Shown here: positions 1 to 12,800 of the stretch, piece after piece
Numbering within the stretch: position 1 is the first letter of the stretch
Layout: the number at the start of each line of letters is the position of its first letter
Source of the DNA: Botryllus schlosseri
Lineage: Eukaryota
DNA: 64,000 nucleotides
Direction of reading: 5' to 3'
Assembly: GCA_051294905.1 (NCBI GenBank)
Contig: CM119372.1
Coordinates: 10,294,001 to 10,358,000 of the forward strand
Made by a program: the position numbers and the translations under genes
Notes under the pieces: model-generated
Databases searched by the model: none
Told to the model about the DNA's origin: nothing
Seen by the model: only the letters and a program-made list of their open reading frames with translations

Positions 1-173
1 AGATTTCGGCAAACATGAGGTATCACATTGCCTATGATCCTTATGCAAGTGCTGGGGCGAAGTCGCATGGTGGACGACACGTCATCTCATAATTGCGAAT
101 ATATAGTTAGACTCAATTTTGTAAATTGAACTTATTTTTTATTTTTTATTTCCAGGAGGGATACAAACACTAA
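1..173 (+). CDS. Possible 3' exon fragments of a gene entering from the left edge
   Basis: A donor-like GAG|GTATCA at 19/20 and a long pyrimidine tract plus CAG acceptor at 155. The phase-0 join reads DFGKHE-EGYKH-stop; another frame stays open to 429. No motif recognised. Confidence 0.25.
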
Positions 174-1316
174 AATCAAGAAATCAAGCGACGTTAAATC
201 ACGCGAAGTGCTAAAAAATATTAAGTCAAATAAATCTGTCACGAAATATTCCACTCTACGCTCGTATACGGAGATCTACGAAAAATGTGACTGGCCGCTG
301 GCTACGCCAGTGCGTCGGAACCGATATTTTATCCATCAACATCCCAAATTTCGCGGCCAGGCTAATCAAAACTTTGTTTTATGTTCCATCGCTGTTCCTG
401 TGAAATACTTTACGCATGAAAGATTCTAATAGTAGTAGAAGAACGCCCCATCTCACAAACAGGGCAACGCATTTCGCGGGTACAAAATCCTCCCACGACA
501 ACTTTTTGTGTCGCCATTAGCTAGGAAACGTTTCAAATAAGGCCGCAACACATATTCGTCGGTCACTATACGACTTGTACATGCAGAGTAGTCTATTTAG
601 AAATTCCAACGGCATACCTCACACAGTAGACCAGTTCAAGACAAACGTCAAAGTAAATTCACGTCAGCACTATCGCATCACAAGATGTTGAACCATAAAA
701 CCAACAAAGCTATTTTCAAATTCATGAATGAATACGTCGATAACATTGGTAATTGCACAAGCACATGTTACTAATAATTATTCATCCTTTCTCAGCCTAT
801 GTTATCGGATTTACCGGCAAAGCTGATGAAGGGAGTGTCTTAGAAAATTTAGGACACATAAAATTAATGATCTTGCATCTTCGGACGGGCCCATTGTCTT
901 TAATGACGTGGTTCCATGTTTTGATTTCTTGACTACCCATCAGGATTCCCGCCATAGGAATCGCCAAAACGTACCGAAAATAATTTTTTCGTCGATTCCA
1001 TATCTTTATTTCTCAATGAACCCTCTGCTGGCTATGCTATGCACGCCCTATTTGTACTGTGGCGCTAATATTTCAAGGATGTCACTGTTAGGCACCAGCG
1101 ATTTAGGCGCCTATGGACAATAGACAATATGGAGATGGAAATATTGAAGGATTGAGTCAACATGCCGAGGTCACCTTACGGAGGTGCATATTGACTAAAA
1201 CTTCGCATCTCTTGATTCGTCTTCGGGGCCTATAATAGTCTCTCATCACAGATTGGACAGTTGGACACCCTTAAAATAAGCATCCCATAAGTCCTCAATC
1301 GATATCAGGAATACAC

Positions 1317-1320
<4 letters not shown>

Positions 1321-1349
<29 letters not shown>
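1321..1349. repeat. (CT)n microsatellite
   Basis: Uninterrupted CT dinucleotide run. Confidence 0.95.
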
Positions 1350-1352
<3 letters not shown>

Positions 1353-3882
1353 AAGTTTAATAATTCTCCAAAAAAAACACTCTATACTTCATGTTGATTT
1401 ACAAAACGTTTGGTAAGGTGGTGATGGTGATATTTAAAAATCAGATCTATCTTTTATTTGATGGTGCAGCCCGATTTTCATTATGGTCGGGATGCTATCG
1501 TGATGTTCGCATCATCATTCCCGCGGTGGCTCGCATGTCGCCTCACCTCATTAACGCAGTCGTTATCAAGGAAATCATTTCTATGGCGTAATAACAACAC
1601 TGTCGCCTACGTTCATGGTCATCGCCACATCAACGGAGTCGCTTTAGTCTCGAGTTCTACTACGACAGCTGTTGAGCTGGACGCGTCATGTTAAGATCAA
1701 CTTTTGTCAGCGTAGATGCAGCATACCTTTTGCATATTCCATCAATGTAGTTAGGGTAAACAGGAAGCGATTTCAGTAACATATGGGTCTGTGGAAGTAT
1801 TGGGTTTACGGAACAGCTTGAATTTAAGCCAGTCTCAATCAAGACCAAAAGCAAGCAGTGCCAGTTAGATGCTCTTCATTAAGCGTACGGTGATGACAGA
1901 CGATGCACAGTGAATGCTCTTGCTATGCATGTCACTAGCGCTTCGGTAAGATAAGTAATCGACTTTGCTTGAACGCGAGAAGGCTTTTGTAAGACGAGCG
2001 CAGTGCTGCAAAGAATCCACCGAATGAGCGCAAATGAGTCCGTTGAGCTATGCCAAACAGCAGCATTTTTCTCTGAAATGTATATATAAGTGACACTGCA
2101 AGATTCAGGTATTATACAGCCAAATCATACTAGTTTCAGATGTCGCTAATACTACAAGTTAGTGGCGAATGGAGCGAAGATAACAGTGAAATCTCGCACA
2201 AAGTTCATGATGAAGAGTTGGCCCGACTTCAATTACACGTAAAGAAGACCAACCCAACGGTAGCAACCTTGAATTGTTTCAGTCTGCGCTGGGACAATAG
2301 TAGCATCGATCAAGCAATTAGCTATCGCCTATATAGAGCAGATGCGTACTGCGTAGAAGGAAATCGCGATTGTTCACTGAATTATTAAATTCCAAATAAT
2401 ATATAGTCGCCAGTCGCCACCCGGTGACCGTTGGTGAATAGTGATGCATTGTAATCAAGGAATTAGTACGGTGCAATGTTTTGTACAGTACGAAGATATT
2501 TTGACGACAAGCATGGTACGAAAAATATTATGCAACGTATGCTGTCCCAATTTCTGGTATGTAACGCATTCACAGTAACATATTATATACTTGCGGTCGA
2601 ATATAGAAGCTCCTCATTAAAAACTGCCTCAAATAATGTAATTGCAATCGCATGAAACAGCAATGTAGCAAGAAAGAGCATTGAAGCAATGACTGGTTTT
2701 TCGTTTCGGGGTATTGTTGTTTGAACCTTCGTTAAATTATATTTATCGGGCGATATTTCTGTAGCAGTACGGCTAACCCTTTCGCTTTTAATAGGATCTG
2801 TGCCCGTATCTCGTGAAATATAACTGTTTTCTAGCTAAGAAATGTTATGGACGCAAGTTCACGTTCGCACAGCAGAATCGCGTATGTATACAATGGAATT
2901 AACATAAATCGATTACATTTGAATATTTACACATGCCTCTTTCCCTAACAACCACAAAGTTGAAACATATTCCGTCGTCGGCCAGAGTCCGCAGAACCTA
3001 TATGTACGCTGTCGCGTAGCAAGATAGCGATCTAAAGTCTACCCTCCAGGGAAAACTATTCACTACTCTAGAATCTAGATTCTGGATCTAAAATATAGAT
3101 GATGATGCTACTCTTGCTTTGTAATGAAATGATCGACGTATAGCCGAGCCTTCATCGGCGTGGTTAGATGTTCCGTCCAGATTTTTAACAGTATGACGTC
3201 ATTTCGTTTGTGATGTATGCATCTTTTCTATCGTCATTCTGATAAGTTTTGCCGAAGTGATGGTCAGTGTTCATAACAGAGCGTCGACGGTGTTGTTTAC
3301 TGTACTAGATAGTATAAACACACAGTTGCATACTGTATTTGTGACTTGCGAGACACAATTGAACTAAAATCACGCATTCGAAGCTTGATTCATGCCTCAT
3401 GGTATTGATGCAGAGCATTTATCGGTCCTTCAAGTCGGAAAGGGCTGCTACTTCGTCAGACTACCGATCTCCATTTCACGGTTACAGGCAATGTTTTCTG
3501 TTTCATTGATTATATAGGCATGCATATTTTATAACGTTATCCTCGGCTACGGTGGCCCTACGATAACGTCAGCCTGCATAGGAGGTCGCAGTGTCAGGCA
3601 ATTTTATGATCAAATCCATGCCCGGAAAGATTCTCTACAGGCTGCGCAGAGCTGGGTGTGGCCTGCACAATGAGTGCACTTGTACTGGCGTATTGCTGAA
3701 GGCCTTAGTGACCTACGACTAATGTAGGATGGAATCAATATTATGCTCAATACATTTTTAAACGTTTTCCGTTCGGGCGTGGCGGACTGTGCCAGCAAAT
3801 GGTCTTCCCAAAGTATTCAAAACTGTCGATTAGAGCCCGTTGCGAAAACGGCATAGTGACTTAAATTACTTATAATTCACAG

Positions 3883-6800
3883 AAACCGGTATTCTTCCAA
3901 GACGGAGTAAGAAGAGTCGACTACGTTCTCGCCTATGACAGCTGCGATACAAAGAGGGAGGGAATTCGCGCCGACTTTGAGAAGGAACTCGTTGAGCAAG
4001 GTCTAGAACTTGAATATGAAAGGCAAGAAACGAACGATGACGATGCCGGAAGCCAGAAAAAGGTTTAAGCACTCAATTAATCATAATGTCAATCACTCAT
4101 ATATTCCGATGGCCGTATTCATCCATTGGTTCATTCGCTAACTATGCAATGTATATATTCGCTAACTTTGCCGCAACGAATGAACAATGTATTAAGGAAA
4201 TCATCTCCTTCATAAAACTACATGCTACTTGGAAAGTGCTGTGCAAATGGGCCGAAATCACTAGAATGCCGAAAGCCATAGCGGTGAATGACCTTGTCGA
4301 TAATTCTTCGAAAGTGAACTGGAAATCGGTGAGCTCCAAGTTGTGAATACGTAGTTAGGTAGTACACACGTGACGTCTTTATCCATGTATTCGAGACATT
4401 CTGTTTTAAGGTCAAGTTAGTCAAGTGCTTGTATAAACTATAGTGCCCTAGGATATTTATACATTCCATAAGGTTGCTGATTTCAACTTATAGTCCAATC
4501 CCTTCACTTTGAACATTGAGACTTATCCCTACTGTTCCCTAATAATGATGATATTAAGACGCAAGATAGCTTGATAGCGACCTACTCCGTTTTCAAGTAC
4601 GGAGTATGTCGCATATTTCATTTGCAAAATTGCTATTATCTTACAATTCGCATCCGTGGTGACTTGCGCTCGTTCGTTGTAAAAACTATGTAGTCAATTC
4701 GGATCGATCCTCCGTCGAATGAATGAGCTTTCTGTCTCTTTGTATTTTGCCTTCCTAAGTGGATCGATTCTGTCACATTACGTAAAGGGGATTTGCATTT
4801 CAGAACCACCAGCCAAGCTGATAATATACTTACGGTATCTTATAGCAAAGTGCAGCAGCCCGGTTGTGTTTCGACTGGGGTTGGGCAAAATCGAGTAGGC
4901 CTACCTGAGCGATTTGATTAAAAATCGAGTATTATGACGTCTTAAGATTATGAAAGATGTGGGAAGTTTGAATATTGACCACAAATAATATAACGTCAGT
5001 TCTACATCACATTAAAGATAACTTGATATTTTTTTGATGGTATACCTACCTATTTTATTGCTCTTGTCACAATCCTGTGGGTCGATCATGGCTTCACAGG
5101 TGGGTGGTCATTTCCGCTAACCCGCGTAGCTTTGTACAACGCGTTTCGTCTGTTGTGATACGAACAATCGAGGTTTAAAGTTTAAATTATTGACTTCTAA
5201 ATATTATGGAAACTATAACTTTCGCGGAAAAATTAACTCAGTGGCAAGGAGCGTAATATTTCAGTACTCGAAAAAATCTTCACTGACTTCTCAACTCGAA
5301 TCATTAGAATTAATACTCGATTCAGATTCGAGTACTCGAATCATTGTGCCCAGCCCCAGTTACGACCACAGGGACAAGGCTGATTGACAGAAATTGGCGA
5401 TTATCTAAATGTTTAATGGAGCAGCGCGCAGGCGCGTAGCCCGCCGAAAAATAAGGGGCGGTTGAAATACAAGGGGGGGGGGGTCGATTTTTTCGAATTT
5501 ACTAATATAGCATCAATTCATTAGCAAAAAGTACAAGCGTAAATGCCGATTATACAATCTCGTGTTGACGAACCTGCGCGTATGATAAGCTTGCCAACGA
5601 ATCCAGAAGTGCTGTCAATTAGCGATTCCCTGATCTCTCGTGACAATTAAATACGCGCGCTTATCAACGCGTGTAAAGTAGCCTCGGCGTCGACTTGCGC
5701 AAGTCAAAATGTCCGAGTTCTAGTTGTCATGGAATCTTTTCTATAATGGCACCGATTTTAGGTGGTTCCAACGTTTCTCATCTTTTATAACTTAAGCCTT
5801 GACACACATCTTCTGATAGTTATGTACGGAAATCAATTACGCATGTACAATGTACATTTGTACATTGTACAATTGTACGTGTGCGTACGTGTACATTGTA
5901 CAGTAGAGGCGTACTTGTTTGCGGTCATTCGATGTCATTCAGTTTCGCGTTGTCACTCTTTAATCGCAATCACTAATCAGCCGGCATTGTCTCCAAACCA
6001 CCAATAGATAGGAGCCAACGCATGCTAGGCCCGAGGCGCGATGGCTAGGCCAGCGATTATATCTTTCGTACCAGGCCTAATGCAGATGCGATTGTGTAGG
6101 TCAGCGATGACATCGTGTGCACCAAGCCAATGCAGATGCGATTGTGCAGGCCAGCGATGGTAGTGCGGACCGGGCCTATTGCAGATGCGATTGTTAAAGC
6201 CAGCGGAACTAGGCTTGTTGGAAAATGGAAACGCGATAAATCAGGCTGGCAACGATTGCCGAACGCACTGCAATCGATGACCTAATTTCGCAATATCTCA
6301 GCGGGAGATCACGTCGTGTTATACTGTGCACTGTGTGCAGTGTGCTCTGTACAGGTGCAGAAACGAATCTCGCTAATTGGCATCACGCTTCTGGCCAATT
6401 AGCCGCGCGCAACACTTATGAGTTGTTATGATACGACTTACTGGATTGCAACTGAATATTAGCGTCAGAATGGTCAATTCAAAATGAGGGCTTTCGCGTT
6501 TCAAAAGGTGGTTTCAACCCCCAAAACCCCCTGGCTACGCGCCTGAGCAGCGTGATGACGTTTTACTCCTACGGCTACGTCATAAACGTAATATTATTAT
6601 ATTCTACTCTCAAATTACGCCTTTTTCACCCATCCCGATCTGAGATGTTACACCGCCGCAAAGTGCCAAGGAATTGGAAATTTATGCTTCTGCTGTTCCA
6701 GCCTCTTTCCAGTATGTGGCACAAGTTTACCGATGTTCCTCACCCGAAGAAATACAATTACGATTACAACGATCATGAAAGTGACGATTCATTTTTCACG

Positions 6801-9800
6801 GCCCCGTTCGACGCTGCTCGAATCGACAAGTAAGTCAGCCGTTGAAAAGTCTGTAAAACTAAACGTTTTATCCTATATTCTTCCAATATGAGAAGACGTA
6901 GTTATGACTAATGCAACCGTTGGGTGGACTTCCCGTCTTTCGTAGAGGCGCACTGCGCTCTAAATATTATGTGGTCTCAAATTTAAGCTGAAATTGTGAA
7001 AACAATTTTGGCAGCCGCTAATGCTGTCTCAATGCTGCCTTATTTGAGCTGCATCTAAAAGGATTTTCACCAAATGCTCCATTCCACTTCGTATATCTCT
7101 GCAGTGTTGAGGTCGCGCGTCACCACTGCTTAACCCTTTTCGAAAGTTGGGGCACACATTACTTCACTGATGCCGTGGTACGTAAGATACAGTCCCTTCG
7201 TAACATATAGGCTGACAAGTATGTAAAATTCATCTTCTGTGCGACTGCTTGATCGCGTCGAGAAAGTGCAAAAGTGAAGTAATGCGCGTCCGAAGTTTCG
7301 CAAAGCGTTAAGAAGCGATGAGGCGTGACCTCGATACCGCAAATATCTAGGGACAGGAATGGTACTTTCATGAAAATATGTTGTCTGCAGTTCGAATGCA
7401 GCAGAGGTCTCAAACACGCGACCCGCGAGAACATTTTGTGCGGCCCGCGAAGGCATTTTGGAAGTTCAAGTATTCGACAATATATTCTATATATTCATAT
7501 ATCTTTTTTAGATTTAAAAACTTGATGTTCATTCTAAAACTACTACAAAAACCTGAAATCTAAACAAACTTCACTAGCAGATCACTTTTAAAATCTACCA
7601 TGCGGTGGAAGATTGCTATTACGTCACATTTCTAGTCCATCATGATGATAAAACATGACACGTTGATGATTCGTGACTGAAAATTGTGATTTTGTTTGGT
7701 GCGACCTTTCGTCAATTTACTCGACTGGGTGATAAATTAAAAGTAACTCGAGTTGAGTTTGGTCAAACGTTGAAATCAGAGATAGACTTGCGTTTCGGAA
7801 TAGTGACTTGGTAATCCTACGAACGCAACCATCTATGAAACTGTCATGGAGAATAGTAATATATCAAGAGCCCGTAGCTTGCGTTGCGTGCGGTATATAG
7901 ACACCTAATCAGGTCAGTATGGAAACCATTGGCATTCTGTGGCCCCCGTGACGTATATTTGGGTTATATCCTAAGCATTGTTAGTTCTCTTTATCCATTT
8001 TTTATCATTGGCGAGTTAGGTAGTGGTGCGCTCCACATCTGCAACACCATTGGATTCTTCGGCGATTTAACATTTCTATTCCATGGGTTCTTAATCAAGG
8101 ATCCGTATAGCCCCTTCGTGGTACGAAGCACCACATCAGGGGGTACGAGATGCATTGTGGAAATAGGCCAATATGCTCTGGAGTATTTTCTGGGCTAATT
8201 TACTCAACTGGAAAATATTCTCCGCGCTACGCGCCATTTTATGTGAATGGGCTTTCTGATTTTTATATAGGTATCATCAGAAATTGTGTTGAAAATGGAC
8301 AGGGGGCACCGGAAATCTTATTGAAAATACAAGGGTACGATCGCTTAATAGGTTGAAAATCAATGCTATTACTATGGCACAATAATGATTATGTTCAAGT
8401 TGTTATTGATTTGTTCCACTATTAGCAGAGGGAAATCCAACGCTGGTTTAATTTGACATTGGCGATGACAATAACAATAGCCTATACTTATCACGACTAT
8501 ATCAGAAACCCGGATTAGGCTACAGCGCTCTCATGCTCTGATATCAGATCGATCCTTAGTAAATTTTAAACTATTCTACATGAAATTGTGGCACGTCAAA
8601 GTTCCACTAGCTGCAAGTTTATAACCCGACAGCTTTTACGATGTCATCATGCGTCCCCTCGCATTATGTCTGTAAGTCATTATTTTAACAAATTGTACCC
8701 GGCACAAAAATAATTTTATTCAAATATCAGAAAATGTGATTTTTTCCGTGCCAAGCGTGAATAGTATAATGTAAATTATGTTTCCACGATGTTTGTGGAA
8801 TGCCTGTCTGCAAGGTCCCGTCAAATAAGGCCTACTTGGATATTAAACATTGAATACCCCTATCAGTGATGCTGCGGCCTGCGGCGTCATTAGAAATTAG
8901 GAAATTGGCGCGCGAACACATTTGAGTTTGAGACCTCTGGGATACAGTGACTTTCCTAAGATAATGGCTTACGCCAAAATGTTTTTCACACCTTCAACTT
9001 TAATTTGAGACCGCAACATGGTTTGAGCACAGTGCCGCCTTAATTTACACCTACACAATATTTTCGTCCGAAAAATATTAAAATATCCGTATCTCTTTTT
9101 GGATATCGGAATTCATGAAATTGATATGAATTAGCTCCAACCAACTATTGGCGTGCAGCCCTACACAACTGTGCAGTGCGCAGTGTGCATCCTTAACGTT
9201 GCGGTTTTGGCGTGACGTCACAACCGGTGCACCCTTTATTGAAAATACTTCTTTGCCCCTCCCTCTGCAGGCCTACAACGCATACATATCGATAAACCTT
9301 GCGAAGAGACGCAAACTTCAATATTTAGGAGAGAGAGATATGGGGAGACCACCATTGTCAGTATAACCAATCCATTTAGCGAATGGAATAACATAACGTG
9401 CAACACTGTAGGCGAAATGAGGCAATAATGCAATTATGGTCGCCTGATATGACATGGTAGTCTGAGTCCGTTTGGAAGAATGGATCAGTCCGTGAATTTT
9501 CAAAATTGCAATATAGCGAAGAACATAAAAAATATTTTCTGGTCGCCCTCTCAAACAGATTCATGATCAGAGACAAGGAGACATTTTTCACGACAGCCGA
9601 AAGACAGAGAATGGTAACTACACCGTGGAAATCTCTTCCGAAATCTCTTCAACGAATTTACAATTATCTTGCGTGCCAGGTGCTGAACATTCTCAATCGC
9701 ACGAAATTTGGCTGCTCCGAGATGGAAGTTGGAGTCAGCAGACTAGTAGATAACGAAAGCTACGTTGGCTACTTTCCACTTCACGAAGGAGACTGGAAAC

Positions 9801-12800
9801 CAAATCATCTGAAAAATGACCCCGGACTATACGACGGCAAGTCTTAGATATGCAGAACGCACAATGCTTAGCCGCAATCATTATGTTATCTTTAATTATA
9901 TAGGATTGGAGCTTAATAAGAGACAGACGTTATACTGGATATGGGCGCGCCCTGGTACTTGGCATTCCGGTCAGCCTTTGGAATTAATACGGTAAGGAAT
10001 TTCGTGTTGCGCCAACTATTGTATAGCCGAACAGGAATGCATATATTGATTTCACAGGCAATACTTTGGAGAAAAAATAGGGATGTACTTCGCGTGGTTA
10101 GGTTTCTATACGGCGATGCTAGTGCCGGTATCGATCCTCGGCCTTCTCACTTGTATTTACGGACTGGTCATCATTCAAGACGACACCATCAGGTAACATA
10201 TGTGATTGATTTGTTAATTAACGGAGTGATTGATTATTGCGAACTTGTAACACATAGCAAAGAAACCTGCGACTCCAACATTACCATGTGTCCACGATGC
10301 GACGAGTTTTGTCCGTTTTGGAAACTGAAAGACTCGTGCACTTACTCTGTTATTACCCGGGTTTTTGATAACGAGGTCACACTTGTATTTGCGCTCATCA
10401 TGTCTCTTTGGGGTGAGTTTCAATGCTCACAAAATGTTACATCAAAGTATTTGCCTTGTTATTGTATTACAGCTACGATTTTTCTTGAATTCTGGAAAAG
10501 AAAACGGGCGGCGTTGGTGTATAAATGGGATTTGGAAGAATTTGAGGAAGAAGAGGTTTGTACGCGATTTCATTGCCAGTTATATACTGCAATATAGCTG
10601 TTGTGCGCTGTTGATGTTTGCATAGGATCAAATCAGACCGGAATACGAGGGCCTGTGTAAGAAGAAAAAGGTTAATCCCATAAATGGACAGGACGAACCG
10701 TATCTTCCCCTTCGGCAACGTATTCCAAGATTAGTGGGCTCGGTGTCTGTATTTTTTGTTCTGGTAAATTGTTTTCTGGATTATTGGACATTTATAAAGT
10801 ATCTTCATTCGCCCTTTGGTAATTTGTCACTGTATCATGGTTCACAAGATTGCTAATGACGAATAACATCAAACTTATTCGTTTTATACATTATTTATGG
10901 TTTTCTTAATTAATCATGCACCCGACTGCTCAGACGCAAGATGCGTAAAACGCAATGTACATTTCTGGATTATATACCAAGACGTCCATCTCCGGCCTTT
11001 GGCGGCTATGATATAGCAAATCTCCAAGATCCAACTATGAATTTATGACGTTATTGTGATAACTATTTCATAATATCGTAGTATCCTTTATGTGTCGCTG
11101 TTCCAAATGATGGTGCCGCTGTTTATACGTGTCTGTAGCGTTTGTTTTGATAAATTGATAGATGACTTTGGTTCTTGGTGCTGTGTTCGGAGTGGTGGTG
11201 TATCGCATCATCGTCGCAACAATCCTGCCGAGAAGATCAACGGGAATAGTGCAGAATAACTCCAGTCTTCTCACTTCAATAACCGCATCTTGCATCAACT
11301 TCGTGGTTATCACTGTGATGAACATGGTGAGTTCGTCTATATCGTCTATGTGTAATTCTGTATGAATGGTAAACTATACATAAAGTTGGAATTGTGCTTT
11401 CTTCTCACGATATTGTCTTATATATCACAACGCAAAATTCACTCCTAAACTCACAATTCAAAGTTCACCGCTATTTGCAGTTATACGAAAGGCTCGCTGA
11501 ATATTTGACCAATTTGGGTGAGTAATTTTGTATCTTATATTGTAATCAATTCTTGCATTGTATATATTTTGCTATACCTATTGCGCTCGCTCATCGCGAA
11601 CTGGTAGCTGCCGACGAAAATAGCTTACAGTCCACGCTGCTCCCTGCGATAAGCGCTGGTATTGTGAAATATATATTTCATCTTTCTTTGGAAATAAAAA
11701 ATAAAAAAAATTATTACATCCGACACTCTATACTGGGCACTTTGGAGTGTTTCACTGTATAGAGATGTGTATAAATAAATAAACCACAGGAAAATGCGCC
11801 CGGAAATTGGATCGTAAAGTTGCCAATCAAACTGTGATCTTGATCTATAGAGTCAATGCGATTCAAACGGAACTGATTCCACTTGGCGAATTCCACCCTG
11901 AATCTGTGAAATAGTGGGTATTAGAGAATCCTCATCATTATATAGCGTCGTCCGTATAATATATCACTGGCTCAGAGCAGTTATATGAGGAGCGACTGCG
12001 TACAGGTGAAGATGTCAATACGCCAGCAAAGAATTACAATCAGATTTGTAAATGATGTGCGTCGGTGTTCTTACCGTATTCCTCATGGCCAAGTTCAACG
12101 CATGGAAACGTGGGGCCTGACCACGAATACGGAAATACGAAATGCAATCGATTCAACGATTGCTTAAGCTTGTTGCAATGTCGAAATAAGGTACTCTTTC
12201 GATCGACATTCCTCAATTCTCGTCGTCTGATGCATTACTTTCGTCTGACTCCTCATCGTCTTCTTCTTCGCCACCTCCGTCTTCGTTATCGCTGTCCGCT
12301 TCGCCGTGAAGCCGCAAATATCGACATCTCTTCATTTCTTCCCATTGCTCCGGGTCAAAATCTGTTTGGTTTTCGGCGGGTATGCTGAAATCCCTGGATT
12401 CGGGTTGGTGTGATACGTTTCGGGATACGGGAGGCATCATGAATACGCCTAATGGAGCCTGGAACACATTATTATTCAAGATTACTGTCAGTTTGATAAA
12501 TCCTAACAAACTGTTTTCAGTACAGTGATATATAAGTTATGGTCGTAAAAACTTCGCGCACACAGGTAAAGCCAAATCATTACGATTCTTAACGTTGTGA
12601 TAGTGAAGTACCCAAATCTGCATTAACATCACTCATAACAGACGGATAAAATTTGCTGTGATTTCTTATTTCAATGCTTGTCTAGTCGATTCGACAATGT
12701 CGCGTCATATATCAATCACGCTACAGCATATACCGGCATTTCCAAACAACTCCGGTGAAGGGATTAGGATTTTAGTTTTCGCGTTTTTGTAGGAGGGTCG

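Noticed and set aside
2140..2259. Possible first coding exon of the anoctamin (CAG|ATG...ACG|GTAGC)
   Set aside because: Phase-compatible with 3883 but it has no recognisable motif and a weak donor; it cannot be supported without transcripts.
6047..6205. CRISPR-like repeat-spacer pattern
   Set aside because: Only three degenerate ~50-bp tandem units inside a transposon in eukaryotic DNA, with no unique spacers and no cas genes.
9941..10597. 218-aa ORF as a standalone gene
   Set aside because: It is a chimera of anoctamin exons and stop-free introns in mixed frames.
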